Positions 29,666 through 39,572 of a DNA stretch of 64,000 bases are shown here, in pieces. The translations under genes were made by a program, and so were the position numbers. Location of the stretch: positions 832,001 through 896,000 of the forward strand of contig CAVPBK010000006.1 in assembly GCA_963701855.1 (NCBI GenBank), read 5' to 3'. A model generated the notes under the pieces. The model was not told the origin of the DNA and did no database searches. It saw only the letters and a list, made by a program, of their open reading frames with translations. Position 1 is the first letter of the stretch. Each line of letters starts with the position of its first letter. This DNA comes from Nitrospirota bacterium. Its GTDB lineage: Bacteria > Nitrospirota > Nitrospiria > Nitrospirales > Nitrospiraceae.

Positions 29666-29808
29666 CTGACTTCGAAAGCGTCAGGGGGAGGGAATGGGTG
29701 GGGGTCTGTGTTAACTCTAGAACAGAGCCCTGCCTCGAACGCCTACTTGATATAAGCCACTGCCGAACAGAGATGGCTACGCTGTACAGAGGGAAATCCC
29801 CCGCCCCG

Positions 29809-30042
29809 TTACAGGGTTCGGGCGCAGAACACTTCGTCTTGGCGGAGGGCTTCGAGGGCGGAGGCGGGCACGCTGGTGACGGCAATCGTCTCGCCCAGTG
29901 CGTTGAAGACTTCGATGGAGTACCCCTCTGTGCCATCAGGGGCTATGTGATGGTCTACGAGTTTCACGATGTCGCCACGACGGAGACGATGCTCTGGCAC
30001 TTCACACTTCAGCGCCACATCCGTGTACAACTCAAACTTCAT
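29809..30042 (-). CDS. DUF4926-like small protein (putative antitoxin/immunity)
   Basis: LYTDVALKCEVPEHRLRRGDIVKLVD...YSIEVFNALGETIAV; 4-bp overlap with the upstream gene. Confidence 0.7.
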   Translation of the reverse strand: MKFELYTDVALKCEVPEHRLRRGDIVKLVDHHIAPDGTEGYSIEVFNALGETIAVTSVPASALEALRQDEVFCARTL

Positions 30043-30374
30043 TCGGTCCTCCGCTTGTCTGGAATCAGTGTAACGAACTTCGTGACGCCCGACAAGTGTT
30101 CTGTCATCCAGATGGTGCGAACGGGCAGTGCCACGCCGTTTGAGCCGGTCAGCGTGCCTCGGACTTCATAGTACTGGCCGAATGTGTTTGACTCCAGTCG
30201 TTGTGCCTCCAAAGGCAGGATTTGGGCGCGCAAGTCCCGCAGTAGGTGCCCTGCGTTTTCCCGCTCATATCCTGCTTGTGCCAAAAAAGCCGATTTGTCT
30301 CCGCGCGTTTGCGGCAACAACAAGTACCGCGTCAGTTTGTCTTCCGCGATGGTGGTATCCGGGGGCAGCCTCAT
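30039..30374 (-). CDS. DUF6883-like protein (putative toxin)
   Basis: IAEDKLTRYLL...DKSAFLAQAGY...GQYYEVRGTLTG...VRTIW...FVTLIP. Confidence 0.7.
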   Translation of the reverse strand: MRLPPDTTIAEDKLTRYLLLPQTRGDKSAFLAQAGYERENAGHLLRDLRAQILPLEAQRLESNTFGQYYEVRGTLTGSNGVALPVRTIWMTEHLSGVTKFVTLIPDKRRTE

Positions 30375-30509
30375 ACGTCCTCACCCGCGCAGTATGTCAA
30401 CAGTCCTATGCACAGTCAGCACTGTTGCCACCACCTCTTTCTTGCCCTTCAAGCCCGGCACCGTAGCTTTGTACTCGCACGTGATCATCGTGGGAGACCT
30501 ATCCTATTT

Positions 30510-30594
30510 ACCTACCTGAGAGAGTGCAAGGTTCAGCCAATGGCCCACCTGTAAAGAGTTCGATTCACTCGCAGGAATCCAGCACGGCCTTTAT
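30510..30594 (-). pseudogene. N-terminal relic of a VapC/PIN toxin
   Basis: ATA-K-A-V-L-D-S-C-E-TGA-I-E-L-F-T-G-G-P-L-A overlapping the antitoxin stop; looks like M..VLDS..WIEFF with the start and Trp codons mutated. Confidence 0.6.
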
Positions 30595-30800
30595 GATCGG
30601 TCTTTCTTCTCCCGCAGATCCGTCCTGGACATCCCCTTGAGCGCTCCCTTGAGTGACTTGAGGGGAACTTCCGGCACCAGGGTGATGACACCACCTTTCT
30701 CCACGACGTGAAGATGCTGTCTCGGCCTGAGGTGCAGTTTTTCCCGCACTTCCTTGGGAATTACAATTTGGAACTTCGGTGAGATCGTCGTCGTGGCCAT
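30591..30800 (-). CDS. AbrB/MazE/SpoVT-family antitoxin
   Basis: TTISPKFQIVIPKEVREKLHLRP; AAGGAG RBS. Confidence 0.85.
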   Translation of the reverse strand: MATTTISPKFQIVIPKEVREKLHLRPRQHLHVVEKGGVITLVPEVPLKSLKGALKGMSRTDLREKKDRS

Positions 30801-31127
30801 GGCAGGACTCCTTACCAATTCGTGGGCGATCATTGTTTTGTCATATGTTGCGAGTCAAGGCAAACGATGCTCCTGCGCCGCCTCACAAAATGAACGATCC
30901 CTTACTCAAAGAGGGCTACTTGTCCTTTACTATCCCAAGCTGTCCTCAACTGCCTAATTCCATTCTCCCCCTCTTTGCTCTACGCTCATGATCATGTCGA
31001 GAGTTCAGGCCTGTTCACACGAGCGCGACGGCATGACTACCCCAGCGCACATCAGCGTACATCTGCCTAATTCCCAGGGCAGAATCTCCGACGTAGGGTG
31101 GGAGAACGTTTGAACCAAGGAGGGCCT

Positions 31128-31409
31128 ATGAAGACATCGGATTTGTCGATCAAAGAACTCGCCGCCTTCATTCGCGTGAGTACGGACACCATCCGGCGAG
31201 CGGTTCGCAACGGCGAGATTCCGTCGACAAGGGTCAGGACCGCGTTACGGTTTGATCTGCAGGAAGTCAGCACCTATATGCAGCGGAACGCAGAGGCCAG
31301 GTTTGGGGCACGCTCGACTCGCGCGCGGGGCGGCACTGCCGGCCGCGCGCAGGCTGATCAGCCCCCTGCTGGTAAAACGGGGGCGCAATTTCCAGGCAAC
31401 GGATCATGA
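31128..31409 (+). CDS. Excisionase-like HTH protein
   Basis: LSIKELAAFIRVSTDTIRRAVRNGEIPSTRVRTALRFD; AGGAGG RBS. Confidence 0.82.
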   Translation: MKTSDLSIKELAAFIRVSTDTIRRAVRNGEIPSTRVRTALRFDLQEVSTYMQRNAEARFGARSTRARGGTAGRAQADQPPAGKTGAQFPGNGS

Positions 31410-31855
31410 TTATTTCCAACCGATTAGACAGCAACCCTGTTCCTCAGAGAGTACTCGCATCAGGACATGAGACCTCCGTAGAACTGCGCCAGCAAGTCTG
31501 TCATCGGTGTGGAAAGGTCTGGTGGCCTCGTCGCCCCAAAAAACCAGCCCGATGTCCCGGTTGCAAAAGTCCCTACTGGGATAGGCCCCGCCGCCTAAAA
31601 CACCCCATCATGCCCTTGAACGGACCCGTGAGCCAAGGAGCACTGGCGAAGTCTTTACGTCGGAAAATGGCAAGGACCCTTGGGGGAGGGCACGAGCACG
31701 GGAAAGATGCCGAGGACCGCTCCTTGGCAACAGCACTTCACGTGCTCAAGGAGATGAAAGCAGCCGGAAAGACCTGGCAGGAGATGGGAGAACGCATGGA
31801 ACGGGAATTCGGCGCGAGCCTGGAGAAGGATCAACTGAAAGCGCTCGTCCGATAA
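31406..31855 (+). CDS. Zn-ribbon hypothetical protein
   Basis: CHRCGKVWWPR...CPGCKSPYWD; ATGA overlap with the HTH gene. Confidence 0.72.
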   Translation: MIISNRLDSNPVPQRVLASGHETSVELRQQVCHRCGKVWWPRRPKKPARCPGCKSPYWDRPRRLKHPIMPLNGPVSQGALAKSLRRKMARTLGGGHEHGKDAEDRSLATALHVLKEMKAAGKTWQEMGERMEREFGASLEKDQLKALVR

Positions 31856-32211
31856 GCACTCAATTCCCTGCCCCCCACCACCTCCGGGGCAGGGATCAAT
31901 CCGAGTCGCGGGGCGGTGCACATCGCAGCGGGCGGGCCTGGAAGGTGGCAGGAAGGCTGGCCCGATGCTCTGTCGCGCCGCGCTGCCACTAAAGAGACGC
32001 TGGCGTGCCGACGCGAGCGCAGAAGGGGGTTCGGGGGTGTCGTACGACTCCCCCGATTTCGCATACGGCCAGAGAACGGATGACGGACATGGAATCGCTC
32101 ACACAAGACCGTTGCGAATTGCTCCCGGCCTCGCTTGACGGCTGGATGGTACCTCCGCATACTCTCCCCCGGCGAAGTCGTGGTCGTGGCAGGGACCGGA
32201 GAGGCAATGCC

Positions 32212-33153
32212 ATGACGTAACAGTTAGTAGATCTCGTAGAGCAGTTTTGTCAGTACCAACTCAAACGGCGCGGCAAAACGGAAGGAGGGGTGCAAAGCTA
32301 TCGCTGGGTGCTCGAACAGTTTCTAATTTTTGTCAGATCCCGACATGGACGGTTGGCTCGCGCCACTGACCTCACGCTATCATCGATTCAGATGTGGATG
32401 GACGACATGGCTAGCTGTGATCTTGCCCTGAGTACGATGCGTTCGCGTCAATCGACGCTGTCGAGCTTCTGTGGTTGGCTCGTGAAGCGGGGCGTGCTTC
32501 AGGCGAATCCCGTCGCGGCGATGGACCGACCACCGCACCGAATGGAACCACCGCGACAAGTGCCGACACCGGCCCTCATGGATGCATTGATCGCTGCGGC
32601 TCAGCAACGCCAGCGGCCTCGTGATATCGCCATCTTTCTGATCATGCGGTACACAGGGATGCGGCGCGAGTCGGTCGCGACGCTTCAGGTGCGACACCTC
32701 GACGGCACTTGGGGCCTTCGGCGGGTACGCGTCAAAGGCGGACAGACGCGGGACATTCCGTTGCCGGAAAGCGTGATGACGTATCTCCATACCTACGTCG
32801 AACGGCTGACTGACGCCATGGGTCAGATCGGGCTGGAGACCCCGCTATTCTGGTCTCTGTGGGGACGGCGAACTGTTGGGAAGAGTCGAGCACCGATGCA
32901 GGGGAAAAATATCTGGCGGCTCTGCAAAACCTATGGGCGGCTCATTGGGTACCCGATGCTGAAACCTCATGATTTGCGTCATGGGGTCGCGATGGAGGTG
33001 CTGGAGCAACAGCATGACTTGGAGCAGGTTCGAGCCTTGCTCGGGCATTCGCGCATCGACACGACCCAAATCTACACCATGATTCGGCCTACGCGGTTGA
33101 AGCAAGTGGTGTCGTTTTATGAAGAGCCGGCGAGACGGATGCTGACGAGTTAG
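32212..33153 (+). CDS. Tyrosine recombinase (XerC-like phage integrase) with an in-frame TAA at codon 3
   Basis: SAM-like N domain, YTGMRR, VKGG, HDLRH, LLGH..IDTTQIY. The RBS-preceded ATG 32212 is in frame with GTG 32290 but is followed by ACG TAA. Confidence 0.88.
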
Positions 33154-33234
33154 AGCAGAGGTGCCAGTCCATGTTTAAGGACCAACCCCAATGGTCCTCA
33201 AACATGAATGTAAAAATACTTCGTAAAAACAATG

Positions 33235-33312
33235 TGGTGGTCCCAACGGGATTTGAACCCGTGTTTAAGCCTTGAGAGGGCTCCGTCCTAGGCCAGGCTA
33301 GACGATGGGACC
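33235..33312 (-). tRNA. tRNA-Glu (CTC)
   Basis: GGTCCCA...GAGCC-CTCTCAA-GGCTT...GGTTCAAATCC...TGGGACCACCA cloverleaf with CCA. Confidence 0.97.
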
Positions 33313-33540
33313 GGACCATCAAAGATGCGTGTTCAACATGACACGCTAGCACAGGGGCTTTTCATTTTTCAATTCCTAAAGATTCTGAACAGTTCTCAGA
33401 TTTCAACTCACAAGTTCATCCGTGACTTGACAGAGACGGCGGTATAGCCTACCTTGCAAAAACACACGTTGCGGGCCTCTGGGAGGGGAAATTCTTCTAT
33501 CGTCGGCCCCCTCTTCTCATCAGCAGACGCATGGTAGAGC

Positions 33541-34077
33541 ATGTACAATCCGCTCCAAATCAAGGCTATCGGCATCACAGACTCTCCGGAACTGATCGAC
33601 ATCGAGAAGCCCGAACAGGGCCTTGAGCTGCATGTCGGCTCGAATGTTTTTCGAAATACGAACGGCGTCGTCAAGCTTCAAGGCAAGGAGCAGATGGTAT
33701 TGGAAGCACAGTCCCAGCCATTGGCGTTGCTCTTGACGATGGACCTATACGATGAGCAGGGAACCCGCGTCGGCCATATCCGACGGAATGCGCTCTCGGC
33801 ACATAGCGCGGGCCGTTTCACCATCAACGTAAAGGCCGGCGACGAGACAACCCCGGATGACCCCCCTTCAGTTACCGTAGCAGACCGAACAACCGGACAC
33901 ACGGTGTTCGAAGCCTGCCTCATGCAGAGAAGAAAAATTCGCATAATCGTGGGGCACTTTTATAGCCATAAGGGCGAATTAGTCACCGTCAGCCCACACT
34001 ACTGCCGCATCGGCACCGGTCTCACTCTATTCGGCGATGTAGCGGAAAGCCGTGGCAGCGCGGCAGCAATCGGTTAA
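33541..34077 (+). CDS. Hypothetical protein
   Basis: 178-aa beta-rich ORF with core-like codon usage. Confidence 0.7.
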   Translation: MYNPLQIKAIGITDSPELIDIEKPEQGLELHVGSNVFRNTNGVVKLQGKEQMVLEAQSQPLALLLTMDLYDEQGTRVGHIRRNALSAHSAGRFTINVKAGDETTPDDPPSVTVADRTTGHTVFEACLMQRRKIRIIVGHFYSHKGELVTVSPHYCRIGTGLTLFGDVAESRGSAAAIG

Positions 34078-34218
34078 TCCGCCCTCAATAAACTCCATCC
34101 TCAACTCACGTGTGTCCGCTCCCCCGCATTGAGAGAGCGACAACAGGCAGCCACCCTGGTTCCTTGTTGAAAAACGCATCCTTTTTGACAAGGCGACGGA
34201 CTCCCGTACAATGGCAAT

Positions 34219-34632
34219 ATGTCAGACGTCGTAAAGCCAAGCGTACAAGCCTTCTTGGTCTGCGACCAGGTCATTGAGGACAGCGTCACCAAGAAGAAAA
34301 GCCTTATCGGCCTTTTCACACATCTGCAGGCCGTAAACTTCCCCTTCCAGCACTCACAAATGGGACTGTATTTCTGCCTCACCGATGCCGAAGGGACGTA
34401 TCACTTCGACATCGATTTGATTTACCTCAACAACGAACAGCTGGTCTGCCGGGCCACCCTTCCAAATATTGCCATCGTCGACCGCCTTCAAATTTCAGAT
34501 TTCGGGATCAATATCCCCTCACTGGTCTTTCCCGCTCCTGGACGCTACGAGTTTCGCCTGCGCATGGAAGGGCATCTCATCGCGCAGAAAGACTTCAGCG
34601 TGATGCAGATGCCGACTCACCAAACCGCGTAG
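34219..34632 (+). CDS. Conserved hypothetical protein (DUF6941-like)
   Basis: AFLVCDQVIED...KKSLIGLF...FPAPGRYEFRL. Confidence 0.75.
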   Translation: MSDVVKPSVQAFLVCDQVIEDSVTKKKSLIGLFTHLQAVNFPFQHSQMGLYFCLTDAEGTYHFDIDLIYLNNEQLVCRATLPNIAIVDRLQISDFGINIPSLVFPAPGRYEFRLRMEGHLIAQKDFSVMQMPTHQTA

Positions 34633-34758
34633 TGCTCAGTTCGCGTCAACGTCTTCCCTCTCCGATAAACCTTCTCCCATGGACCTCTCTTGTGATAGAA
34701 CAGCCGACAACGACCCAATTCGCGCATGTCTTGTCCACAGAGGAGTCATTGCTTTTTC

Positions 34759-36453
34759 GTGTCTGAACCGACTGGCGCTTCAAACTTTATCCGCGAGATA
34801 GTAGCCGCCGATCTCGCCGCCGGCAAACATGGCGGACGAATCGTTACGCGCTTTCCACCTGAACCGAATGGCTACCTCCATATCGGTCACGCAAAATCTA
34901 TCTGCCTGAACTTCAGCTTGGCAAACGACATTTCAGGAGGTATCTGTCACCTGCGATTCGACGATACCAATCCAACCACCGAAGATCCTGAATATGTTCA
35001 AGCCATTCAGGACGACGTCCGATGGCTGGGATTCGATTGGCATGAGAAGATGTTTTTCTCCTCGGACTATTTCGAGCAGCTGTACGACTCTGCAGTCCTG
35101 CTGATCTGTAAGGGCAAAGCCTACATCGACACGTTGACAGCCGAAGAGATGCGTGCCTATCGCGGCACACTCACGGAGCCGGGGAAAAACAGCCCCTCCC
35201 GCACTCGCTCCGTCGACGAAAACCTTGACCTCTTTCGACGCATGCGCGCAGGAGAATTCGCCGATGGAACCCACGTCCTCCGAGCCAAGATCGACATGGC
35301 CTCACCCAATATCAACCTGCGTGACCCAGTCCTCTATCGCATCAGGCACGCGACACATTATCGAACAGGAAGCAGTTGGTGCCTGTACCCGGCCTACGAC
35401 TATGCGCACCCCCTTTCTGACGCGATCGAGGGAATCACGCACTCAATCTGCACCTTGGAATTTGAAGATCACCGGCCTCTCTACGATTGGGTCGTCGAGC
35501 AGGCTGAAGCACCGCACAGGCCGCAGCAGATCGAATTTGCTCGCTTGAATATGACCTATACCGTCATGAGCAAGCGGAAACTGCTCGAGTTGGTCGAAAA
35601 GAAACTGGTGAACGGATGGGATGACCCACGACTGCCGACGATCAAAGGACTTCGTCGCCGTGGATATACCCCAGAGGCGATTCGGGCCTTCTGCGACCAT
35701 ATCGGTATAGCCAAGCGCGAAGCCATCGTCGAAATGCAGCTGCTCGAACACTTTATTCGCGAAGATCTGAACAAGCGAGCGCCTCGAGTAATGGCCGTGT
35801 TGCGGCCGCTCAAAATCATCCTCGACAACTATCCCGAGGACCAGTCCGAAGAATTGGAAGCCGTCAACAATCCGGAAGATTCGTCTGCAGGGACGAGGAA
35901 CGTCCCCTTTTCACGCGTCCTTTATATTGAACAAGACGATTTCCATGAGGATCCGCCCAAACAATTTTTCAGGCTTGCCCCGGGACGCGAAGTGCGACTC
36001 AGGTACGCCTACATCATCAAATGTGTCGGAGTGAAAAAAGATCCACTGACCGGCGAGATTATCGAACTACATTGCACCTACGACCCCACAACCAAGAGCG
36101 GCGCCTCCCAGGAACAGCGCAAGGTGAAGGCTACCATCCATTGGGTCTCAGCAGCCCATGCTGTAAACGCCGAAGTCCGACTCTACAGCCCCCTCTTGGT
36201 GACAGATCTGGGGAAGATTCCGCCAGACCACGATTGGACAACCTATCTCAACCCCGACTCATTGGAGCGAGTCACGGGCTGTCTGGTTGAGCCCAGTTTG
36301 CGGCAGACAGTACCAGGCACTCGGTATCAATTCGAGCGCCTGGGATACTTCTGCACCGACCCTGACTCGGCCTCCGGCACACTGATATTTAACCGCACGG
36401 TGTCGCTCAAAGACGCTTGGGCAAAGATCCAAAAAGCTCAGCCAACCCGGTAA
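34759..36453 (+). CDS. glnS: Glutamine--tRNA ligase
   Basis: [44 protein letters not shown]; no C-terminal YqeY extension. Confidence 0.96.
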   Translation: MSEPTGASNFIREIVAADLAAGKHGGRIVTRFPPEPNGYLHIGHAKSICLNFSLANDISGGICHLRFDDTNPTTEDPEYVQAIQDDVRWLGFDWHEKMFFSSDYFEQLYDSAVLLICKGKAYIDTLTAEEMRAYRGTLTEPGKNSPSRTRSVDENLDLFRRMRAGEFADGTHVLRAKIDMASPNINLRDPVLYRIRHATHYRTGSSWCLYPAYDYAHPLSDAIEGITHSICTLEFEDHRPLYDWVVEQAEAPHRPQQIEFARLNMTYTVMSKRKLLELVEKKLVNGWDDPRLPTIKGLRRRGYTPEAIRAFCDHIGIAKREAIVEMQLLEHFIREDLNKRAPRVMAVLRPLKIILDNYPEDQSEELEAVNNPEDSSAGTRNVPFSRVLYIEQDDFHEDPPKQFFRLAPGREVRLRYAYIIKCVGVKKDPLTGEIIELHCTYDPTTKSGASQEQRKVKATIHWVSAAHAVNAEVRLYSPLLVTDLGKIPPDHDWTTYLNPDSLERVTGCLVEPSLRQTVPGTRYQFERLGYFCTDPDSASGTLIFNRTVSLKDAWAKIQKAQPTR

Positions 36454-36565
36454 CAAACCGGCAATCTTCCCCCGTTCGCCAGGACTCTCCCAGAACTCAC
36501 CTCTCTTTCCGGCCTGTTGCAACCACTTTACAGACTCAGCGTCCCTGCTATGCTTGAGCTAACTG

Positions 36566-37270
36566 GTGAAAACCAATGACAGGAGCGATTTTACAGTGAC
36601 AACCATCTTCAACCTGCAACTCTTAAGACTCACACATCTATTGTTTCTCTCGGGAATGGCGGCTGGATTAACCATGGCATCTCCTTCGTTGGCCACACCC
36701 ACACCAAACGGGATTAAATCGAGCGCGACCGAAGCGGTGAGGGGTACGATCAACGACCTGATCCAAGTCCTCAATGACGAAACTTTGCAGCAACCGGAAC
36801 AAGCCGAAGAACGGCGGCATGAAATCGAAGAAATCATCAAACATCGCGTGGATTATGGGGAAATGGCAAAACGTGCACTGGGAGCCTCCTGGTACACGCT
36901 TTCCCATCGAGACCAGCACGAGTTCGTCAGTCTCTTCGTGCAACTCCTTCGAGACACATTTGTGGGCCGCATTACCGAACATTCCGACGAACAGGTGGTA
37001 TTCCTGGGGGAACTTCGAGAGGGTGCCTTTGCCGAAGTCAAAGCGCAATTGAAAGGACGGAAGATCGACACGCCGGTCGACTTTCGCCTGATTCACCGTG
37101 CGCACGAATGGCGGGTCTACGACGTGGTCATTGATGGAGCCAGCATCGTGAGCAATTACCGTTCACAATTCACTAACATTATTCGTGACGTCTCGTATGT
37201 CGGGCTGGTTAATAAGATGAAAAAGCGAGCGATTGCCGTAACGGTTTTCGAAAAATCTTCGGTGCCGTAA
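36566..37270 (+). CDS. MlaC/Ttg2D-family periplasmic phospholipid-binding protein
   Basis: VDYGEMAKRALG..W, WRVYDVVIDGASIVSNYRSQF. Confidence 0.88.
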   Translation: MKTNDRSDFTVTTIFNLQLLRLTHLLFLSGMAAGLTMASPSLATPTPNGIKSSATEAVRGTINDLIQVLNDETLQQPEQAEERRHEIEEIIKHRVDYGEMAKRALGASWYTLSHRDQHEFVSLFVQLLRDTFVGRITEHSDEQVVFLGELREGAFAEVKAQLKGRKIDTPVDFRLIHRAHEWRVYDVVIDGASIVSNYRSQFTNIIRDVSYVGLVNKMKKRAIAVTVFEKSSVP

Positions 37271-37382
37271 CCCCTCCCTCTCGCAACCGTCATACAGTTT
37301 CCATGTTTTGCTTTACCGTAGTACTTGGTTTGCTAGACTCGCCTGAGTATAAGTGCCGGTATGACGAGGGGCCTCAAACCGG

Positions 37383-37730
37383 ATGGAGGACCACATGATT
37401 GAGTGCCGAGAATATCCACGAATCCCCGTTGACATGCAGGTCTTCTTCTCCAGCACCAACAAAACAGACATTCGCGAAGGCACCATGTTCGATCTGTCTG
37501 CCAGAGGATGCGCCGTCACCAGCATGTCGTCGGTTCAGCCCGGTACAGCGGTGAGAATTCTCATCAGGGCGACCGATCTGGGTTCACCCATTACGATTGA
37601 GTCCGCCGCAGTCCGTTGGAGTGCGGGTGGGGAGTTTGGAGTCGAATTCCTCGGCCTCTCAGAGATCGATCAGCGCCGCTTGCATCGGTTGCTGCAACTC
37701 ACCACTACGCCTCAAATCCGCCCGAGTTGA
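37383..37730 (+). CDS. PilZ-domain protein
   Basis: REYPR and DLSARG motifs, VRW...FGVEF. Confidence 0.85.
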   Translation: MEDHMIECREYPRIPVDMQVFFSSTNKTDIREGTMFDLSARGCAVTSMSSVQPGTAVRILIRATDLGSPITIESAAVRWSAGGEFGVEFLGLSEIDQRRLHRLLQLTTTPQIRPS

Positions 37731-37772
37731 CCGCTGGTCAATCCCGGCATTCACCATGGTACAATGCCGGGC

Positions 37773-37976
37773 ATGGTCTGTCCCCTCTGCCACCAGCCGA
37801 GCACCTGGGAAAACAACTCCTGGCGCCCCTTCTGTTCTGAGCGATGTCAAGTGACCGACCTCGGCGCCTGGGCAACGCAACGTTACCGTATACCTAGCTC
37901 CATTCTCACGATGGACACCTCACTCCCCGACTCGTTGGCGGGAGACGACGACACAGAGTTACAGCAAAACAGTTAA
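37773..37976 (+). CDS. yacG: DNA gyrase inhibitor YacG
   Basis: CPLC...RPFCSERCQVTDLGAW. Confidence 0.9.
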   Translation: MVCPLCHQPSTWENNSWRPFCSERCQVTDLGAWATQRYRIPSSILTMDTSLPDSLAGDDDTELQQNS

Positions 37977-38179
37977 TCAACAGTTCAAGTACAGATCGTC
38001 TAACTTCCCACTGGACCCAATCAGCAATCCTCACCCACAATTCCACTGGCGGCACGATACAGCAACTGCGCGAGACGCGGATTGACGCCGCCCTCGTTCG
38101 CACGTTACAGACTTGGCAAGCCCACGGCATCTTGATATGGTCACGCTCGAACCAGGCCCTCTCACAAGGAGCACAAACC

Positions 38180-39223
38180 ATGTTGCCGACTAAAGGCTAT
38201 GCCGCGGTGACCGCCAAAGCTGCACTGCAACACTTTTCGTTCGAGCGGCGTGATGTCGGCCCTCATGATGTGCTCATTACCATCACCCACTGTGGCATCT
38301 GCCACTCGGATATTCATCAAGCCCGTGACGAATGGGGCGGATCGATTTTCCCCATGGTGCCCGGCCATGAAATCGTCGGTACCGTGGCACACGTTGGAGC
38401 TGCGGTGATGAAATTCAAAACAAGCGACCGCGTTGGTGTCGGCTGCTTCGTCGATTCCTGCCGTACCTGTGGGCCCTGTCGAGAGGGATCAGAGCAGTAC
38501 TGCGAAGCCGGCATGCTCCTCACCTACAGCGGCCGGGACAAAAACGGCCAGCCTACGCAGGGTGGTTACTCCACACAGATTGTCGTAGATGAGCATTACG
38601 TACTGCGGATTTCTTCTTCCCTGTCGCCTGCCGGAGCAGCCCCACTTCTGTGCGCGGGAATTACAACCTACTCCCCGCTTCGCCACTGGGGCGTCGGAAG
38701 ATATCACAAACTTGCGGTGGTGGGATTGGGTGGACTGGGCCATATGGCTGTGAAGATCGGCAAGGCGCTCGGAACCGAAGTGACTGTCTTGAGCACCTCT
38801 GAACGGAAGCGAAAAGATGCAGAACGGTTGGGCGCCTTTGACTTCGCCCTCACTTCGCAGCCCGAAACATTCACCAGATTACAGAGGCGCTTTGATTTTA
38901 TTCTGGATACCGTTTCAGCCCCGCACAACTACAACGATTATGTTAATTTATTGAAAACCGACGGCACCATGATTCTCGTAGGCGTGCCAGACAAGCCGAC
39001 TCTGCTGGAGCCCTTTCCGCTCATTCTGCATCGTCGCCGCATTGCAGGATCCGTCATCGGCGGCATCCGAGAAACTCAAGAGATGCTCGACTTCTGCGCC
39101 ATGCATCACATCGAATCCGATATTGAAGTAATCCCGATTCAACAAGTAAACGAAGCCTACGAGAGAGTTATCAGCGGCGACGTGCGGTTTCGGTTTGTGA
39201 TTGATCTGGGGTCGCTCATGTGA
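38180..39223 (+). CDS. Zn-dependent NADPH alcohol dehydrogenase (cinnamyl ADH/YahK-like)
   Basis: CGICHSD, GHEIVG, structural Zn cysteines, GLGGLGH, FRFVID. Confidence 0.93.
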   Translation: MLPTKGYAAVTAKAALQHFSFERRDVGPHDVLITITHCGICHSDIHQARDEWGGSIFPMVPGHEIVGTVAHVGAAVMKFKTSDRVGVGCFVDSCRTCGPCREGSEQYCEAGMLLTYSGRDKNGQPTQGGYSTQIVVDEHYVLRISSSLSPAGAAPLLCAGITTYSPLRHWGVGRYHKLAVVGLGGLGHMAVKIGKALGTEVTVLSTSERKRKDAERLGAFDFALTSQPETFTRLQRRFDFILDTVSAPHNYNDYVNLLKTDGTMILVGVPDKPTLLEPFPLILHRRRIAGSVIGGIRETQEMLDFCAMHHIESDIEVIPIQQVNEAYERVISGDVRFRFVIDLGSLM

Positions 39224-39304
39224 ATGTTCTGGTACCGATCACGTCCCGGCAGAAGAACAGCGAGCCTTGAAACTAGTGTTGGTTTGAGGGCGATTATAGG
39301 AAAG

Positions 39305-39378
39305 TGGCTGGGGGACTAGGAATCGAACCTAGGTAGCCGGCTCCAAAGGCCGGCGTCCTACCGCTAGACGATCCCCCA
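39305..39378 (-). tRNA. tRNA-Gln (TTG)
   Basis: TGGGGGA...CCGGC-CTTTGGA-GCCGG...GGTTCGATTCC...CCCCCAGCCA. Confidence 0.96.
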
Positions 39379-39428
39379 GCGCGGTACGGCAGCGAATTGT
39401 AGATCGGGAACGGCAGGGAAAAGATTAT

Positions 39429-39502
39429 TGGCTGGGGGACTAGGAATCGAACCTAGGTAGTCAGATCCAGAGACTGACGTCCTACCGCTAGACGATCCCC
39501 CA
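39429..39502 (-). tRNA. tRNA-Gln (CTG)
   Basis: Identical to the TTG copy except the anticodon arm TCAGT-CTCTGGA-TCTGA. Confidence 0.96.
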
Positions 39503-39572
39503 ACCGACGTTCACAGTAATATACAGGTCTCGGTTCAGTCAAGATCGGTGCAACGTAGATGCAAGAGCTTCC

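Larger units (their letters stand above)
27712..33264. mobile_element. ~5.5 kb integrative element in tRNA-Glu carrying an integron cassette array
   Basis: Direct att repeats at both ends; tyrosine integrase next to the tRNA; excisionase-like HTH. Confidence 0.9.

Noticed and set aside
29665..29700. Possible last codons of a deleted intI (PPDAF, resembling SP.D.L)
   Set aside because: Too short to distinguish from chance
32212..33153. Calling the tyrosine recombinase an integron integrase (intI)
   Set aside because: It lacks the IntI-specific insertion, sits against the tRNA att site and is 2.7 kb from the array head
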